From: a virus
Lineage: Duplodnaviria; Caudoviricetes
Virus record (IMG/VR): IMGVR_UViG_3300045580_000103
Location: 1 to 26,034 of that record
Length of the DNA: 26,034 nucleotides
Strand: one strand, 5' to 3'
The position numbers were made by a program, and so were the translations under genes. Of the stretch, positions 7,741-15,475 are shown piece after piece. Under the pieces are notes generated by a model, which saw only the letters and a list, made by a program, of their open reading frames with translations, was not told the DNA's origin and did no database searches. Numbering within the stretch: the first letter of the stretch is position 1; each line of letters begins with the position of its first letter.

Positions 7741-8334
7741 ATGGCTTCGACCGCTTCTCCCTACGGGCTCCGCCCCGTGAATCGTGTGGACGGCTTGCCG
7801 TACGCCGGTGCTGTTCAGGAGTTCCTGATCAACCCGGCCGGCACCGCCACCAACATCTTCAACGGCTCCATCGTGGCCCTCGACACCAACGGTTACGTGG
7901 TGCTGATGACCGCTACCGGCGCTGACGGTACTACCAACGCCTTCCCCGCCGGCACCATCGGCGTGTTCGTGGGCTGCGAGTACTTCAACGCCCAGGGCCA
8001 GTTGATCTTCAGCCAGTACTACCCCTCCGGCACGACCGGCGTGGTGAAGGCGAAGGTCGTGACCGACCCGAACGTGGTGTTCCAGGCCCAGCTCGACGGC
8101 TCCGGCGCGCAGGCTGTGCTCGGCGCCAACACCTTCCTGGCGGCAGCCCAGAGCACCAGCACTGGCAGCACCCAGACCGGCAACAGCACTGTGGCCCTCG
8201 ACGCCACCGTGCAGACCGCCGCTGCGGCTTTCCGCATCGTTGGCTTTGCCTCGACCCCCGGCGACGCGTTCACCGACGTGCTCGTGAAGTTCAACCCCGG
8301 CCAGCATTCGTACACGAATGCCGTCGGTATCTGA
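7741..8334 (+). CDS. Putative capsid decoration/minor capsid protein
   Basis: GAGGAG RBS. G/A/T-rich beta-type 197-aa protein with PYGLRPV, immediately before the MCP. Confidence 0.65.
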   Translation: MASTASPYGLRPVNRVDGLPYAGAVQEFLINPAGTATNIFNGSIVALDTNGYVVLMTATGADGTTNAFPAGTIGVFVGCEYFNAQGQLIFSQYYPSGTTGVVKAKVVTDPNVVFQAQLDGSGAQAVLGANTFLAAAQSTSTGSTQTGNSTVALDATVQTAAAAFRIVGFASTPGDAFTDVLVKFNPGQHSYTNAVGI

Positions 8335-8346
8335 GGAGGCTGAACC

Positions 8347-9255
8347 ATGGCTATCTCTCGTGCCCAACTACGCAAAGAACTGCTGCCCGGCCTGAACGCT
8401 CTGTTCGGCCTGGAGTACGCCAAGTACGGCGAAGAGCACAAGGAAATCTTCGAGACCGAGACCTCCGAGCGCTCGTTCGAGGAAGAGACCAAGCTCTCCG
8501 GCTTTGGCACCGCTCCGGTGAAGGCTGAAGGCGCCGCCATCGCGTACGACAACGCGCAGGAAGCCTGGACGGCTCGCTACACCCACGAAACCATCGCGAT
8601 GGGCTTCTCGATCACCGAAGAGGCGATCGAGGACAACCTGTACGACTCGCTCTCGAGCCGATACACCAAAGCGCTGGCCCGTGCCATGGCCTACACCAAG
8701 CAGGTGAAGGCCGCTGCGATCCTGAACCAGGGCTTCGCTGGTGGCCCCACCTACGGTGACGGCAAGACCCTGTTCGCGACCGACCACCCGCTGGTTGGCG
8801 GCGGCGTCAACAGCAACCGCCCGACCGTGGGCGCGGATCTGAACGAGACTTCCCTGGAAGCCGCCGTGATCCAGATCGCTGCTTGGACCGACGAACGCGG
8901 CCTGCTGATCGCTGCCAAGCCCAAAAAGCTGGTGGTGCCCCCGAGCCTGATGTTCGTCGCGACCCGCCTGCTCAAGACCGAGCAGCGCGTGGCCACCGCC
9001 GACAACGACATCAACGCCCTGAAGTCGATGGGTGCGATTCCCGGTGGATACACCGTGAACCACTACCTGACCGACACCAACGGCTGGTTCCTGCTGACCG
9101 ACGTGCCCAACGGCCTGAAGCACTTCGTCCGTACGCCGATGCAAACCGGAATGGACGCTGACTTCGATACCGGCAACAGCCGGTACAAGGCCCGCGAACG
9201 CTATTCCTTCGGCGTCAGCGACCCGTTGGGTGTCTGGGGGTCGCCCGGCGCTTGA
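8347..9255 (+). CDS. Major capsid protein (Mu gpT-like, HK97 fold)
   Basis: GAGGAGG RBS. N-terminus MAISRAQLRKELLPGLNALFG, GDGKTLFATDHP, PKKLVVPP and C-terminal KARERYSFG. Followed by a terminator. Confidence 0.92.
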   Translation: MAISRAQLRKELLPGLNALFGLEYAKYGEEHKEIFETETSERSFEEETKLSGFGTAPVKAEGAAIAYDNAQEAWTARYTHETIAMGFSITEEAIEDNLYDSLSSRYTKALARAMAYTKQVKAAAILNQGFAGGPTYGDGKTLFATDHPLVGGGVNSNRPTVGADLNETSLEAAVIQIAAWTDERGLLIAAKPKKLVVPPSLMFVATRLLKTEQRVATADNDINALKSMGAIPGGYTVNHYLTDTNGWFLLTDVPNGLKHFVRTPMQTGMDADFDTGNSRYKARERYSFGVSDPLGVWGSPGA

Positions 9256-9268
9256 TACGAAAGTATCT

Positions 9269-9294
9269 AAAAAAGGCCCTTCGGGGCCTTTTTT
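9269..9294 (+). terminator. Rho-independent terminator (potentially bidirectional)
   Basis: AAAAAA-GGCCC-TTCG-GGGCC-TTTTTT just after the MCP stop. Confidence 0.92.
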
Positions 9295-9303
9295 ATTGTC
9301 CGC

Positions 9304-9332
9304 TTGCGGCCTGGGGCCAGAATAGGTACATT
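9304..9332 (+). promoter_or_regulatory. Candidate promoter for the free-standing HNH gene
   Basis: TTGCGG (9304-9309), 17-nt spacer, TACATT (9327-9332). GGAG at 9351-9354 precedes ATG 9361. Confidence 0.55.
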
Positions 9333-9360
9333 ACCTGTTACTAAATCTCTGGAGCCGCAC

Positions 9361-9987
9361 ATGGACGTATTGAACCTGCCCAAGACCCGCGCTGAAGCAA
9401 AAGCCCTTGGGGCCAAGTATTACTTCACAGGGGAGCCCTGCAAGCACGGGCACATCGCGCCTCGCAAGACCAAAGGGGCGTGCGTGGAGTGCCTGAAGGA
9501 AGAATGGCGCCGCGGGGCAGAGACCCGAGCTGAGTATTTTGCGGCGTACAACCGCCGCACGGAGGTCGTAGAGCGCAAGCACGACTGGTACATGGAGAAC
9601 CGTGACGCCGTAGTAGCCCGCGCACAAACCACCCCCCAGGAGTTGAAGCGGCAGTACCGGAAGGCGTGGGAGCGCCGAAACGCAGACGCGATCCGCGCGA
9701 ACAACAAAGTGCGCCGCCGCAAGCACCGGCAGGCCACTCCGGCGTGGCTCACACGGATGCAGAAGTCGGAGATACGCGCGCTGTATCAGGCCGCCATTGT
9801 GTCCAGCCGGGCTACAGGGGAGGCGTACGTTGTCGACCACATCTACCCCCTGCGGTCCGATGTTGTGTGCGGGCTGCATGTCCCGTGGAATTTGCGCATC
9901 ACGACGCAGCGGGAGAACCTGGAGAAGTCCAACAAACTGCCGAGCGACGACGAAGCGCTTGCGTTCCCAACCCCCCGAGTGATATAG
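9361..9987 (+). CDS. Free-standing HNH endonuclease
   Basis: N-terminal YFTGEPCKHGH...CVEC zinc motif and C-terminal VVDHIYPL...CGLHVPWNL...EN..KSN HNH motif. Start set at ATG 9361 because of its RBS. Confidence 0.88.
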   Translation: MDVLNLPKTRAEAKALGAKYYFTGEPCKHGHIAPRKTKGACVECLKEEWRRGAETRAEYFAAYNRRTEVVERKHDWYMENRDAVVARAQTTPQELKRQYRKAWERRNADAIRANNKVRRRKHRQATPAWLTRMQKSEIRALYQAAIVSSRATGEAYVVDHIYPLRSDVVCGLHVPWNLRITTQRENLEKSNKLPSDDEALAFPTPRVI

Positions 9988-9988
9988 T
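9959..9988 (+). promoter_or_regulatory. Candidate promoter embedded in the 3' end of the HNH gene
   Basis: TTGCGT (9959-9964), 18-nt spacer, TATAGT (9983-9988) with an extended TG at 9980-9981. It would start transcription just before the structured RNA. Confidence 0.55.
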
Positions 9989-9997
9989 GGGCGCACT

Positions 9998-10066
9998 CCG
10001 GGAACATCCGGTGTTGCTGACGGTCCCGGCCGACGACATGCAGACAGCAGCACGTAACTCGCATGT
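9998..10066 (+). ncRNA. Pseudoknotted RNA element, likely the Mu-gpT-DE (Mu-like gpT downstream element) motif
   Basis: Three interleaved helices: CCGGGA 9998-10003 with TCCCGG 10024-10029; GTGTTGCTG 10011-10019 with CAGCAGCAC 10045-10053 (one G-U); ACATGC 10036-10041 with GCATGT 10061-10066. It is intergenic and downstream of a gpT-like MCP. The family name is from recall and context, not a covariance search. Confidence 0.6.
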
Positions 10067-10077
10067 GAGGAACCACC

Positions 10078-10308
10078 ATGTCTCGCACCAGCTTCTCTGG
10101 CCCGGTCGCCTCGGCCAACGGCTTCATCGGCGCCCTCGAAGGCGCTGTCAAACTCCCCACCTACACCGTCGCCTCGGCACCCTCCGCGGCTGGCCTGACC
10201 GGCACGATCATCTTCGTGTCGAACGGCTTGGCCGGCGCCCCGTGCGTTGCGGTGTCCGACGGTACCAACTGGATCAGCCCGGCCGGCACCACGATCGCCG
10301 CGGCCTGA
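10078..10308 (+). CDS. Small virion-associated protein
   Basis: GAGGA RBS. MSRTSFSGPV start and AVSDGTNW fibre-like motif. Confidence 0.75.
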   Translation: MSRTSFSGPVASANGFIGALEGAVKLPTYTVASAPSAAGLTGTIIFVSNGLAGAPCVAVSDGTNWISPAGTTIAAA

Positions 10309-10320
10309 TAGGGGTTTGCC

Positions 10321-10527
10321 ATGACGTTCAAATTCGTTCCCGCCTCGCCGGAAGAACTGGCGCGTCGTGGCGTAAAGCCCGCTGCCGACGCGCAGCCGCC
10401 GGCCCCCCAGCCCGCCCCTGCCGCGCGCCGCCGTGCGCGCGCTTCGCGCGGCCAGTTTGCGGGGGACAACCCCGCCACGCCGGGCGTCAACGAGGCCTGG
10501 GCTGCTGACGCTCAGTCCGAGGAGTAA
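10321..10527 (+). CDS. Hypothetical phage protein
   Basis: 68 aa filling the gap between neighbours, with motif RARASRGQFAGDNPATPGVNEAW. Confidence 0.65.
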   Translation: MTFKFVPASPEELARRGVKPAADAQPPAPQPAPAARRRARASRGQFAGDNPATPGVNEAWAADAQSEE

Positions 10528-10529
10528 TT

Positions 10530-10838
10530 ATGGGTATGCAAACCGATGTCGTCGCCAGCGGCGTACAGACCTCAACCGGCCAGCTGCAGACCGCGGCCGG
10601 CACAGGCGCGCTTGCGCGCGCTCGGGTCAAGTCCATCCTGATCATCCCCGCGGCCGGCGCCGGCACGGTGGTGTTCCGCGACGGCGGAGCCAGCGGCCCT
10701 GTCAAGATGACGGTGCCCACCCTGGCGGCCTCCACGAGCGCCAGCTACACGCTGCTCCCGGGTGAGGGTGTCCTGTTCCAGAACGACGTCCACGTCACGC
10801 TGACGGGCGTCACCTCCGTGATGGTGTTCTATGCCTAA
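10530..10838 (+). CDS. Conserved small beta-rich virion protein
   Basis: GAGGAG RBS. MGMQTDV start and LPGEGVLF motif. Confidence 0.75.
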   Translation: MGMQTDVVASGVQTSTGQLQTAAGTGALARARVKSILIIPAAGAGTVVFRDGGASGPVKMTVPTLAASTSASYTLLPGEGVLFQNDVHVTLTGVTSVMVFYA

Positions 10839-11082
10839 GACCCCAGCCTGGACCCGCAAGGAAGGCAAGGACCCCAAGGGCGGCCTCAACGCCAAGGGCC
10901 GCGCGTCGGCCAAGGCGCAGGGCATGAACCTGAAGCCGCCGGCTCCGAAGCCGAAGACCCCCAAAGACGCCGCGCGGCGCAAATCGTTCTGTGCCCGCAT
11001 GGGCGGAATGCCGGGGCCCATGAAAGACGAGAAGGGCAAGCCCACCCGCAAGGCGCTGTCCCTGAAGGCTTGGAACTGCTGA
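10831..11082 (+). CDS. Small basic conserved phage protein
   Basis: AWTRKEGKDPKGGLNAKGRAS...RRKSFCARM...KAWNC, overlapping the upstream stop. Confidence 0.8.
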   Translation: MPKTPAWTRKEGKDPKGGLNAKGRASAKAQGMNLKPPAPKPKTPKDAARRKSFCARMGGMPGPMKDEKGKPTRKALSLKAWNC

Positions 11083-11092
11083 AGGGGCGAGG

Positions 11093-11338
11093 ATGACTGT
11101 GCAGGAATTGTTGCTTGGGGCTTTGTACATCGGGGGTGCGATTGTGGGTTGGTTTTTGAAAGACGCCATCGACAGCGCCAAGAACACGAAAGACGCTCTG
11201 GCCGACTTCAAGACCGAAGTGGCCAAGGAATACGTGCCGCGAAACGACATGCGAGAGCTCCAGGTCGAGGTCGGCCGACGGTTTGACCGCCTCGAAGAGA
11301 AGCTCGACCGGTTGGTGGAGCGCAACCATGCCCAGTAA
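11093..11338 (+). CDS. Small membrane protein (one TM helix plus coiled coil)
   Basis: Hydrophobic N-terminus LLLGALYIGGAIVGWFL and C-terminal RFDRLEEKLDRL. Confidence 0.7.
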   Translation: MTVQELLLGALYIGGAIVGWFLKDAIDSAKNTKDALADFKTEVAKEYVPRNDMRELQVEVGRRFDRLEEKLDRLVERNHAQ

Positions 11339-11480
11339 GACCCCGGCGCAAGCCCGGTTCATGCAAGCTGTGGCGAACAGCCCCAAATTCGCCAAGAAGG
11401 TGAAGGTCCCGGCCAAGGTCGGGAAAGAGTTCGTAGCGGCCGACAAGGCCAAACCCAAGGCGCGAAGGAGCCCGAAATGA
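11328..11480 (+). CDS. Small basic phage protein
   Basis: GGAG RBS then ATG 11328 (MPSKTPAQARFMQAVANSPKFAKKVKVP). The track start at 11283 is probably too early. Confidence 0.75.
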   Translation: MPSKTPAQARFMQAVANSPKFAKKVKVPAKVGKEFVAADKAKPKARRSPK

Positions 11481-11665
11481 TGAACGAGATGAAAGCCATG
11501 AAGAAATCCGGCCGCGGCATGGCGAAGGCCGACATGCAGAAGCCCGCAGCCTACAAAAAGGGCGGCTCGGTGGGCAGCGCGTCGAAGCGCGCCGACGGCA
11601 TCGCCAAAAAGGGCAAGACGAACACCAAGATGGTGGCGATGGCCCGCGGCGGCAGCTGCAAGTAA
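11477..11665 (+). CDS. Small basic protein with xxGG motifs
   Basis: AAGGAG RBS and ATGA overlap. Motifs YKKGGSV, RADGIAKKGKT and MARGG. Confidence 0.75.
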   Translation: MMNEMKAMKKSGRGMAKADMQKPAAYKKGGSVGSASKRADGIAKKGKTNTKMVAMARGGSCK

Positions 11666-11676
11666 GGAGCCCTGGC

Positions 11677-12396
11677 ATGGCGACCTCCGATTTTGGCCGC
11701 GCATTCGCGGCTGCACGCAAGGCCGGCAAGAAAGACTTCGAGCACGGCGGCAAGAAATTCAGCACCGAGACTCGGGAGGAGAAGTCCTCCCGCGTCGGCA
11801 AGGCCGTGTCTGACAAATCGGACGCCATGCGGGGCGCCTCGCGGGCGGCCACTGCCCCGGCAGCCAAAGCCGGTGCAGACAAGCGCCGCAAGGCCGCTGC
11901 AGACGCCAAGTTCGCCGCCAGCGTCGGCGACTACGTTCGCTCCCGCTCGGCGGAGCGCGACCGCAAAGAGAAGCTGGGGCTGGCCATGGACGTAGCCGGC
12001 GCGGCGCTCCCCGCTGCCAAGCTGGCCCAGGGGGCACGCGGGGCGCTTGCGGCGGCCAAAGCCGCCAGAGCCACCCCGTCGATCGGCCCTACCGGCGTGG
12101 CCCGCAAGGTCATGCCGTCGCGCCCTGTGACTCAAGTTGGGCGAAAGACTGGGGTGTCCAGCGACGCGCGCCGTAGCGCGGAGGGGTTCAGCCCGGACGA
12201 AGCCTTGAAGGCGATCGCCAAAAAGGCTCCGGCCAAGTCCGCTCCGGCCAAGTCCGCTCCGGCCAAGTCCGCTCCGGCCAAGTCCGCTCCGGCCAAGTCC
12301 ACGCGGGCCAAAAAGCCGAGCAACCCTCCCCCTGCTGACGACTTCGGCGCGGGCATGCGCCGCGGCGGCAAGGTGGCCAAAAAGAGGTACATCTGA
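11677..12396 (+). CDS. Lys/Ala-rich, histone H1-like putative internal virion protein
   Basis: TAAGGAG RBS. N-terminal FGRAFAAARKAGKKDFEHGGKKFST, APAKS repeats and C-terminal MRRGGKV. Confidence 0.7.
   Translation: MATSDFGRAFAAARKAGKKDFEHGGKKFSTETREEKSSRVGKAVSDKSDAMRGASRAATAPAAKAGADKRRKAAADAKFAASVGDYVRSRSAERDRKEKLGLAMDVAGAALPAAKLAQGARGALAAAKAARATPSIGPTGVARKVMPSRPVTQVGRKTGVSSDARRSAEGFSPDEALKAIAKKAPAKSAPAKSAPAKSAPAKSAPAKSTRAKKPSNPPPADDFGAGMRRGGKVAKKRYI
12226..12300 (+). repeat. 15-bp perfect tandem repeat x5 (GCTCCGGCCAAGTCC, encoding APAKS)
   Basis: Read directly from the sequence. Confidence 0.97.
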
Positions 12397-12671
12397 TGAT
12401 GGCCAGCCGCGGCATGGGTGACATCGCCAAGTCCAAGCGCCCGAAGGTTCTCCGGCGCAAGGACGGCGACAAGTTCGACCTCTACGCCAAGGGCGGCGAG
12501 GTCAAGTCTCGTGTGAACGAGGCTGGCAACTACACCCAGCCCGGCATGCGCAAGCGCCTGTTCGAGAAGATCAAGGCCGGCGCCAAGGGCGGCGACCCCG
12601 GCGAGTGGAGCGCGCGCAAGGCGCAGATGCTGGCGCGCGAGTACAAGGCAGCGGGCGGGGGCTACAAGTGA
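12396..12671 (+). CDS. Small basic conserved phage protein
   Basis: TGATG coupling. MMASRGMGDI, YAKGGEV and GEWSARKAQMLAREYKAAGGGY. Confidence 0.78.
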   Translation: MMASRGMGDIAKSKRPKVLRRKDGDKFDLYAKGGEVKSRVNEAGNYTQPGMRKRLFEKIKAGAKGGDPGEWSARKAQMLAREYKAAGGGYK

Positions 12672-12898
12672 AAGCCCCGCAGCAGTCGCTCAAGGACTGG
12701 ACGGCCCAGAAGTGGCGCACGTCTGACGGCAAGCCGAGCAAGGGCAAGAAACGCTACTTGCCCGACGCTGCCTGGAGCGCGCTGAGCCCCGGCGAGAAGG
12801 CCGCCACCAACCGCGCCAAGGCCGCAGGAAACGCCAAGGGCAAACAGTTCGTTGCGCAACCCAAAAAGGTCGCGAAGAAAGTCGCAAGGTACCGCTGA
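12668..12898 (+). CDS. Small basic conserved phage protein
   Basis: GTGA overlap start (MKAPQQSLKDWTAQKWRT...RYLP...KGKQFVAQP). The track start at 12605 lies inside the previous gene. Confidence 0.75.
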   Translation: MKAPQQSLKDWTAQKWRTSDGKPSKGKKRYLPDAAWSALSPGEKAATNRAKAAGNAKGKQFVAQPKKVAKKVARYR

Positions 12899-13590
12899 TG
12901 GCCACGTCTGGCACCACGCTGTTCAACATGGAGTTCACCGACATCGCCGAAGAGGCGTGGGAGCGGGCCGGGCGCGAGATGCGCTCGGGCTACGACCTGC
13001 GCACGGCGCGGCGGTCGATGAACCTCATGACGATCGAGTGGCAAAACCGAGGCATCAATATGTGGACGATCGACGAGGGGTCGATCAACCTCGTCCAAGG
13101 GCAGGCCGAGTACGAGCTGCCGGCCGACACGATCGATCTGCTCGAGCACGTCATCCGTACCGGTGCAGGCAACGAGTCCACGCAGGCCGATCTGAACATC
13201 AGCCGAATCAGCGTCTCCACCTACTCGACCATCCCCAACAAGCTGACCCAGGGCCGCCCCATCCAGTTGTGGGTCGAGCGCCTGCGCGACGCGCCGAAGG
13301 TCACCGTGTGGCCGGTCCCCAACCAGAGCGACTTCTACGTGCTGCGGTACTGGCGCCTGCGGCGCATCGAGGACGCCGGCACCGGGGTGAACACCGCGGA
13401 CGTTAACTTCCGCTTCCTGCCCTGCCTTGTGGCCGGGCTGGCGTACCACATTGCCATGAAGGTGCCGGAGCTCGCTGATCGCCTGCCCCTGCTCAAGGCC
13501 GAGTACGACCTGCAGTGGGACCTCGCGGCCGGCGAGGACCGCGAGAAGGCCCCGGTCCGCTTCGTGCCGCGCATCATGAGGGCTCGCTGA
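12898..13590 (+). CDS. Putative head-tail adaptor / head completion protein
   Basis: 230 aa with a helical N-terminus (ARRSMNLMTIEWQNRG), a beta insertion and a helical C-terminus (FLPCLVAGLAYHIA). Position fits. Confidence 0.65.
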   Translation: MATSGTTLFNMEFTDIAEEAWERAGREMRSGYDLRTARRSMNLMTIEWQNRGINMWTIDEGSINLVQGQAEYELPADTIDLLEHVIRTGAGNESTQADLNISRISVSTYSTIPNKLTQGRPIQLWVERLRDAPKVTVWPVPNQSDFYVLRYWRLRRIEDAGTGVNTADVNFRFLPCLVAGLAYHIAMKVPELADRLPLLKAEYDLQWDLAAGEDREKAPVRFVPRIMRAR

Positions 13591-13946
13591 TGGGCAACCG
13601 GTTCGCGTCCGACCGCATTGCCATCGCGATATGCGACGTCTGCGGATTTCGCTTCCGGCTCAAAGAGCTCAAGGAAGTGATCGTCAAGGCGCGCAAGACG
13701 AATATCCTGGCCTGCAATGAGTGCTGGGACCCTGATCACCCGCAGCTCATGCTTGGCACGTTCCCGGTGGATGACCCCCAGGCCCTGCGCAACCCGCGGC
13801 CGGACAGCACGCAGCTGGAGCCGAGCCGGGACATTCAGTGGGGCTGGAACCCGGTCGGCGGGGCGCGGTCGTTTGACGACGCACTCACCCCGAACACCTT
13901 GGTGGCCACGGGGCAAACTGGTACAGTTACGGTATTCACGACGTAA
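13590..13946 (+). CDS. Conserved phage protein with a Cys4 zinc ribbon
   Basis: TGATG coupling at 13588-13592. CDVCGF...CNECWDPDHPQ...DPQALRNPRPD. Confidence 0.75.
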   Translation: MGNRFASDRIAIAICDVCGFRFRLKELKEVIVKARKTNILACNECWDPDHPQLMLGTFPVDDPQALRNPRPDSTQLEPSRDIQWGWNPVGGARSFDDALTPNTLVATGQTGTVTVFTT

Positions 13947-13955
13947 GGAGTCGAC

Positions 13956-14144
13956 ATGGCCACGAAGATGAAGCACGACGATGCCAAGATGGACAAGGCC
14001 GCGGTGAAGAGCGCCGTCCACAAGCACGAAAAATCCATGCACCCCGGCAAGCCGCTGACCAAGCTGGCCAAGGGCGGCGGCATCAAAATCCGCGGCACGG
14101 GCGCAGCCACCAAAGGGACACGCGCCCGCGGCCCGATGGCGTGA
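13956..14144 (+). CDS. Small basic protein with xxGG motif
   Basis: TAAGGAG RBS. KHEKSMHPGK and LAKGGGIKIRGTGAATKG. Confidence 0.75.
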   Translation: MATKMKHDDAKMDKAAVKSAVHKHEKSMHPGKPLTKLAKGGGIKIRGTGAATKGTRARGPMA

Positions 14145-14151
14145 GGTCTGA

Positions 14152-14835
14152 ATGAACTACGCGGGCGCTGGTTATGTTTACGCTATCACCAATACGGTGA
14201 ATGGGCGGCAATATATCGGCAGCACCGTCAACTACAAGCAGCGTTGGGGCGACCATCGACGCATGCTTCGGCGGGATACGCATCATTCGTTTGTTTTACA
14301 GCGCGCGTGGAACAAATATGGCGAGGCCGCGTTCAAATTTGAATTGCTCGTCGTGTGCCCCAAAGAGCTCCGAGTGGAATACGAGAACCGGCTCATGGCC
14401 ACGCGGACATATAACGTGCTCCGCACGGCGCGGGAGGCAATCGTACGCAGGGGGCGCCGTCATTCGGAGGCCACCAAATCAAAGATGTCCGCGGCACACA
14501 AAGGTAAGGTTTTCTCCGCGGAGTGGCGCGCGAATATGGCCGACGCCGCACGCCGACGAATGTACGACGCCGAGTTCAGCCGCAAAGCGAGCGAGCGGCA
14601 GCGCGGGGTTACTCCATCTGCGCAGACCCGGGCGCGCCTTTCCGCCGCGGTAACGGCCGCGAGAGCCGCGGAAGCCGCACACACCCGGGGTTTGGTGCAT
14701 AAAATATACCTGAAAGCGGCGCAAGGCGGTAAAATTGGGGAACTCTGCGGAATCTACGGGATAACCACGACCACGTTCTACAAGCACTGCCGCGATCTCG
14801 GGCTGCCTAACTTGAAACAGAGGCTGAAAACATGA
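14152..14835 (+). CDS. GIY-YIG homing endonuclease with NUMOD3-like repeats
   Basis: YVYAITNTVNGRQYIGS, LQRAWNKYGEAAFKFELL, HSEATKSKMSAAHKGK and PSAQTRARLS. Codon usage is less GC-biased than in flanking genes. Confidence 0.9.
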   Translation: MNYAGAGYVYAITNTVNGRQYIGSTVNYKQRWGDHRRMLRRDTHHSFVLQRAWNKYGEAAFKFELLVVCPKELRVEYENRLMATRTYNVLRTAREAIVRRGRRHSEATKSKMSAAHKGKVFSAEWRANMADAARRRMYDAEFSRKASERQRGVTPSAQTRARLSAAVTAARAAEAAHTRGLVHKIYLKAAQGGKIGELCGIYGITTTTFYKHCRDLGLPNLKQRLKT

Positions 14836-15464
14836 CGACTTACGCTGAACTCTGCGTTCAGGCTTCAGAGATATGCGAGAACGAGTTCTCGCCGGATCAG
14901 CTCGCCATGTTTTTTCGAACCGCCGAGCAGAAGATCTACAACACCGTCCAGATCCCCGCGCTGCGCAAGAACGTCACCGGCACCATGACGGCCGGCAACA
15001 AGTACTTGGCCATCCCGACGGATTTCCTGTACGTGTTCTCCATGGCGGTGGTGGGCGCTGACGGCGCGTACGAGTTCTTGCTGGACAAGGACGTCAACTT
15101 CATCCGCGAGGCGTACCCGTTCCCTCTGGTGAGTGGCAAGCCCCGGCACTACGCCCTGTTCGACGCCAACAGCTTCATCCTGGGCCCGACGCCCGACGCG
15201 GCGTTCGAGGTCGAGCTGCACTACGGGTACTACCCGGAGTCCATCGTCACTGCAGGCACCACATGGCTCGGCGACGAGTTCGATTCGGCGCTCCTCAACG
15301 GCGCGCTGGTCGAGGCGATTCGCTTCATGAAGGGCGAGCAAGATATGGTCCAGCTCTACAGCGAGCTGTTCCTGCAGTCCATGTCCTTGCTCAAGAATCT
15401 CGGTGACGGGAAGCTGCGGCAGGACGCGTACCGATCCGGCCAGAACCGGGTCAAAGTTCAGTAA
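14832..15464 (+). CDS. Putative adaptor / tail tubular-type structural protein
   Basis: 210 aa with ATGA overlap. AEQKIYN, GKPRHYA, LGPTPD and ALLNGALVEA pattern typical of phage adaptors. Confidence 0.7.
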   Translation: MTTYAELCVQASEICENEFSPDQLAMFFRTAEQKIYNTVQIPALRKNVTGTMTAGNKYLAIPTDFLYVFSMAVVGADGAYEFLLDKDVNFIREAYPFPLVSGKPRHYALFDANSFILGPTPDAAFEVELHYGYYPESIVTAGTTWLGDEFDSALLNGALVEAIRFMKGEQDMVQLYSELFLQSMSLLKNLGDGKLRQDAYRSGQNRVKVQ

Positions 15465-15475
15465 TAGGAGGGCGC

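Noticed and set aside
9998-10066. HDV-like or other self-cleaving ribozyme, or a tRNA
   Set aside because: The helix order does not match the HDV nested pseudoknot or a cloverleaf, and no catalytic core is recognised.
12605-12898. Programmed frameshift fusing the 12396 and 12668 genes
   Set aside because: No slippery heptamer is seen, and an ordinary GTGA stop-start overlap explains the junction.
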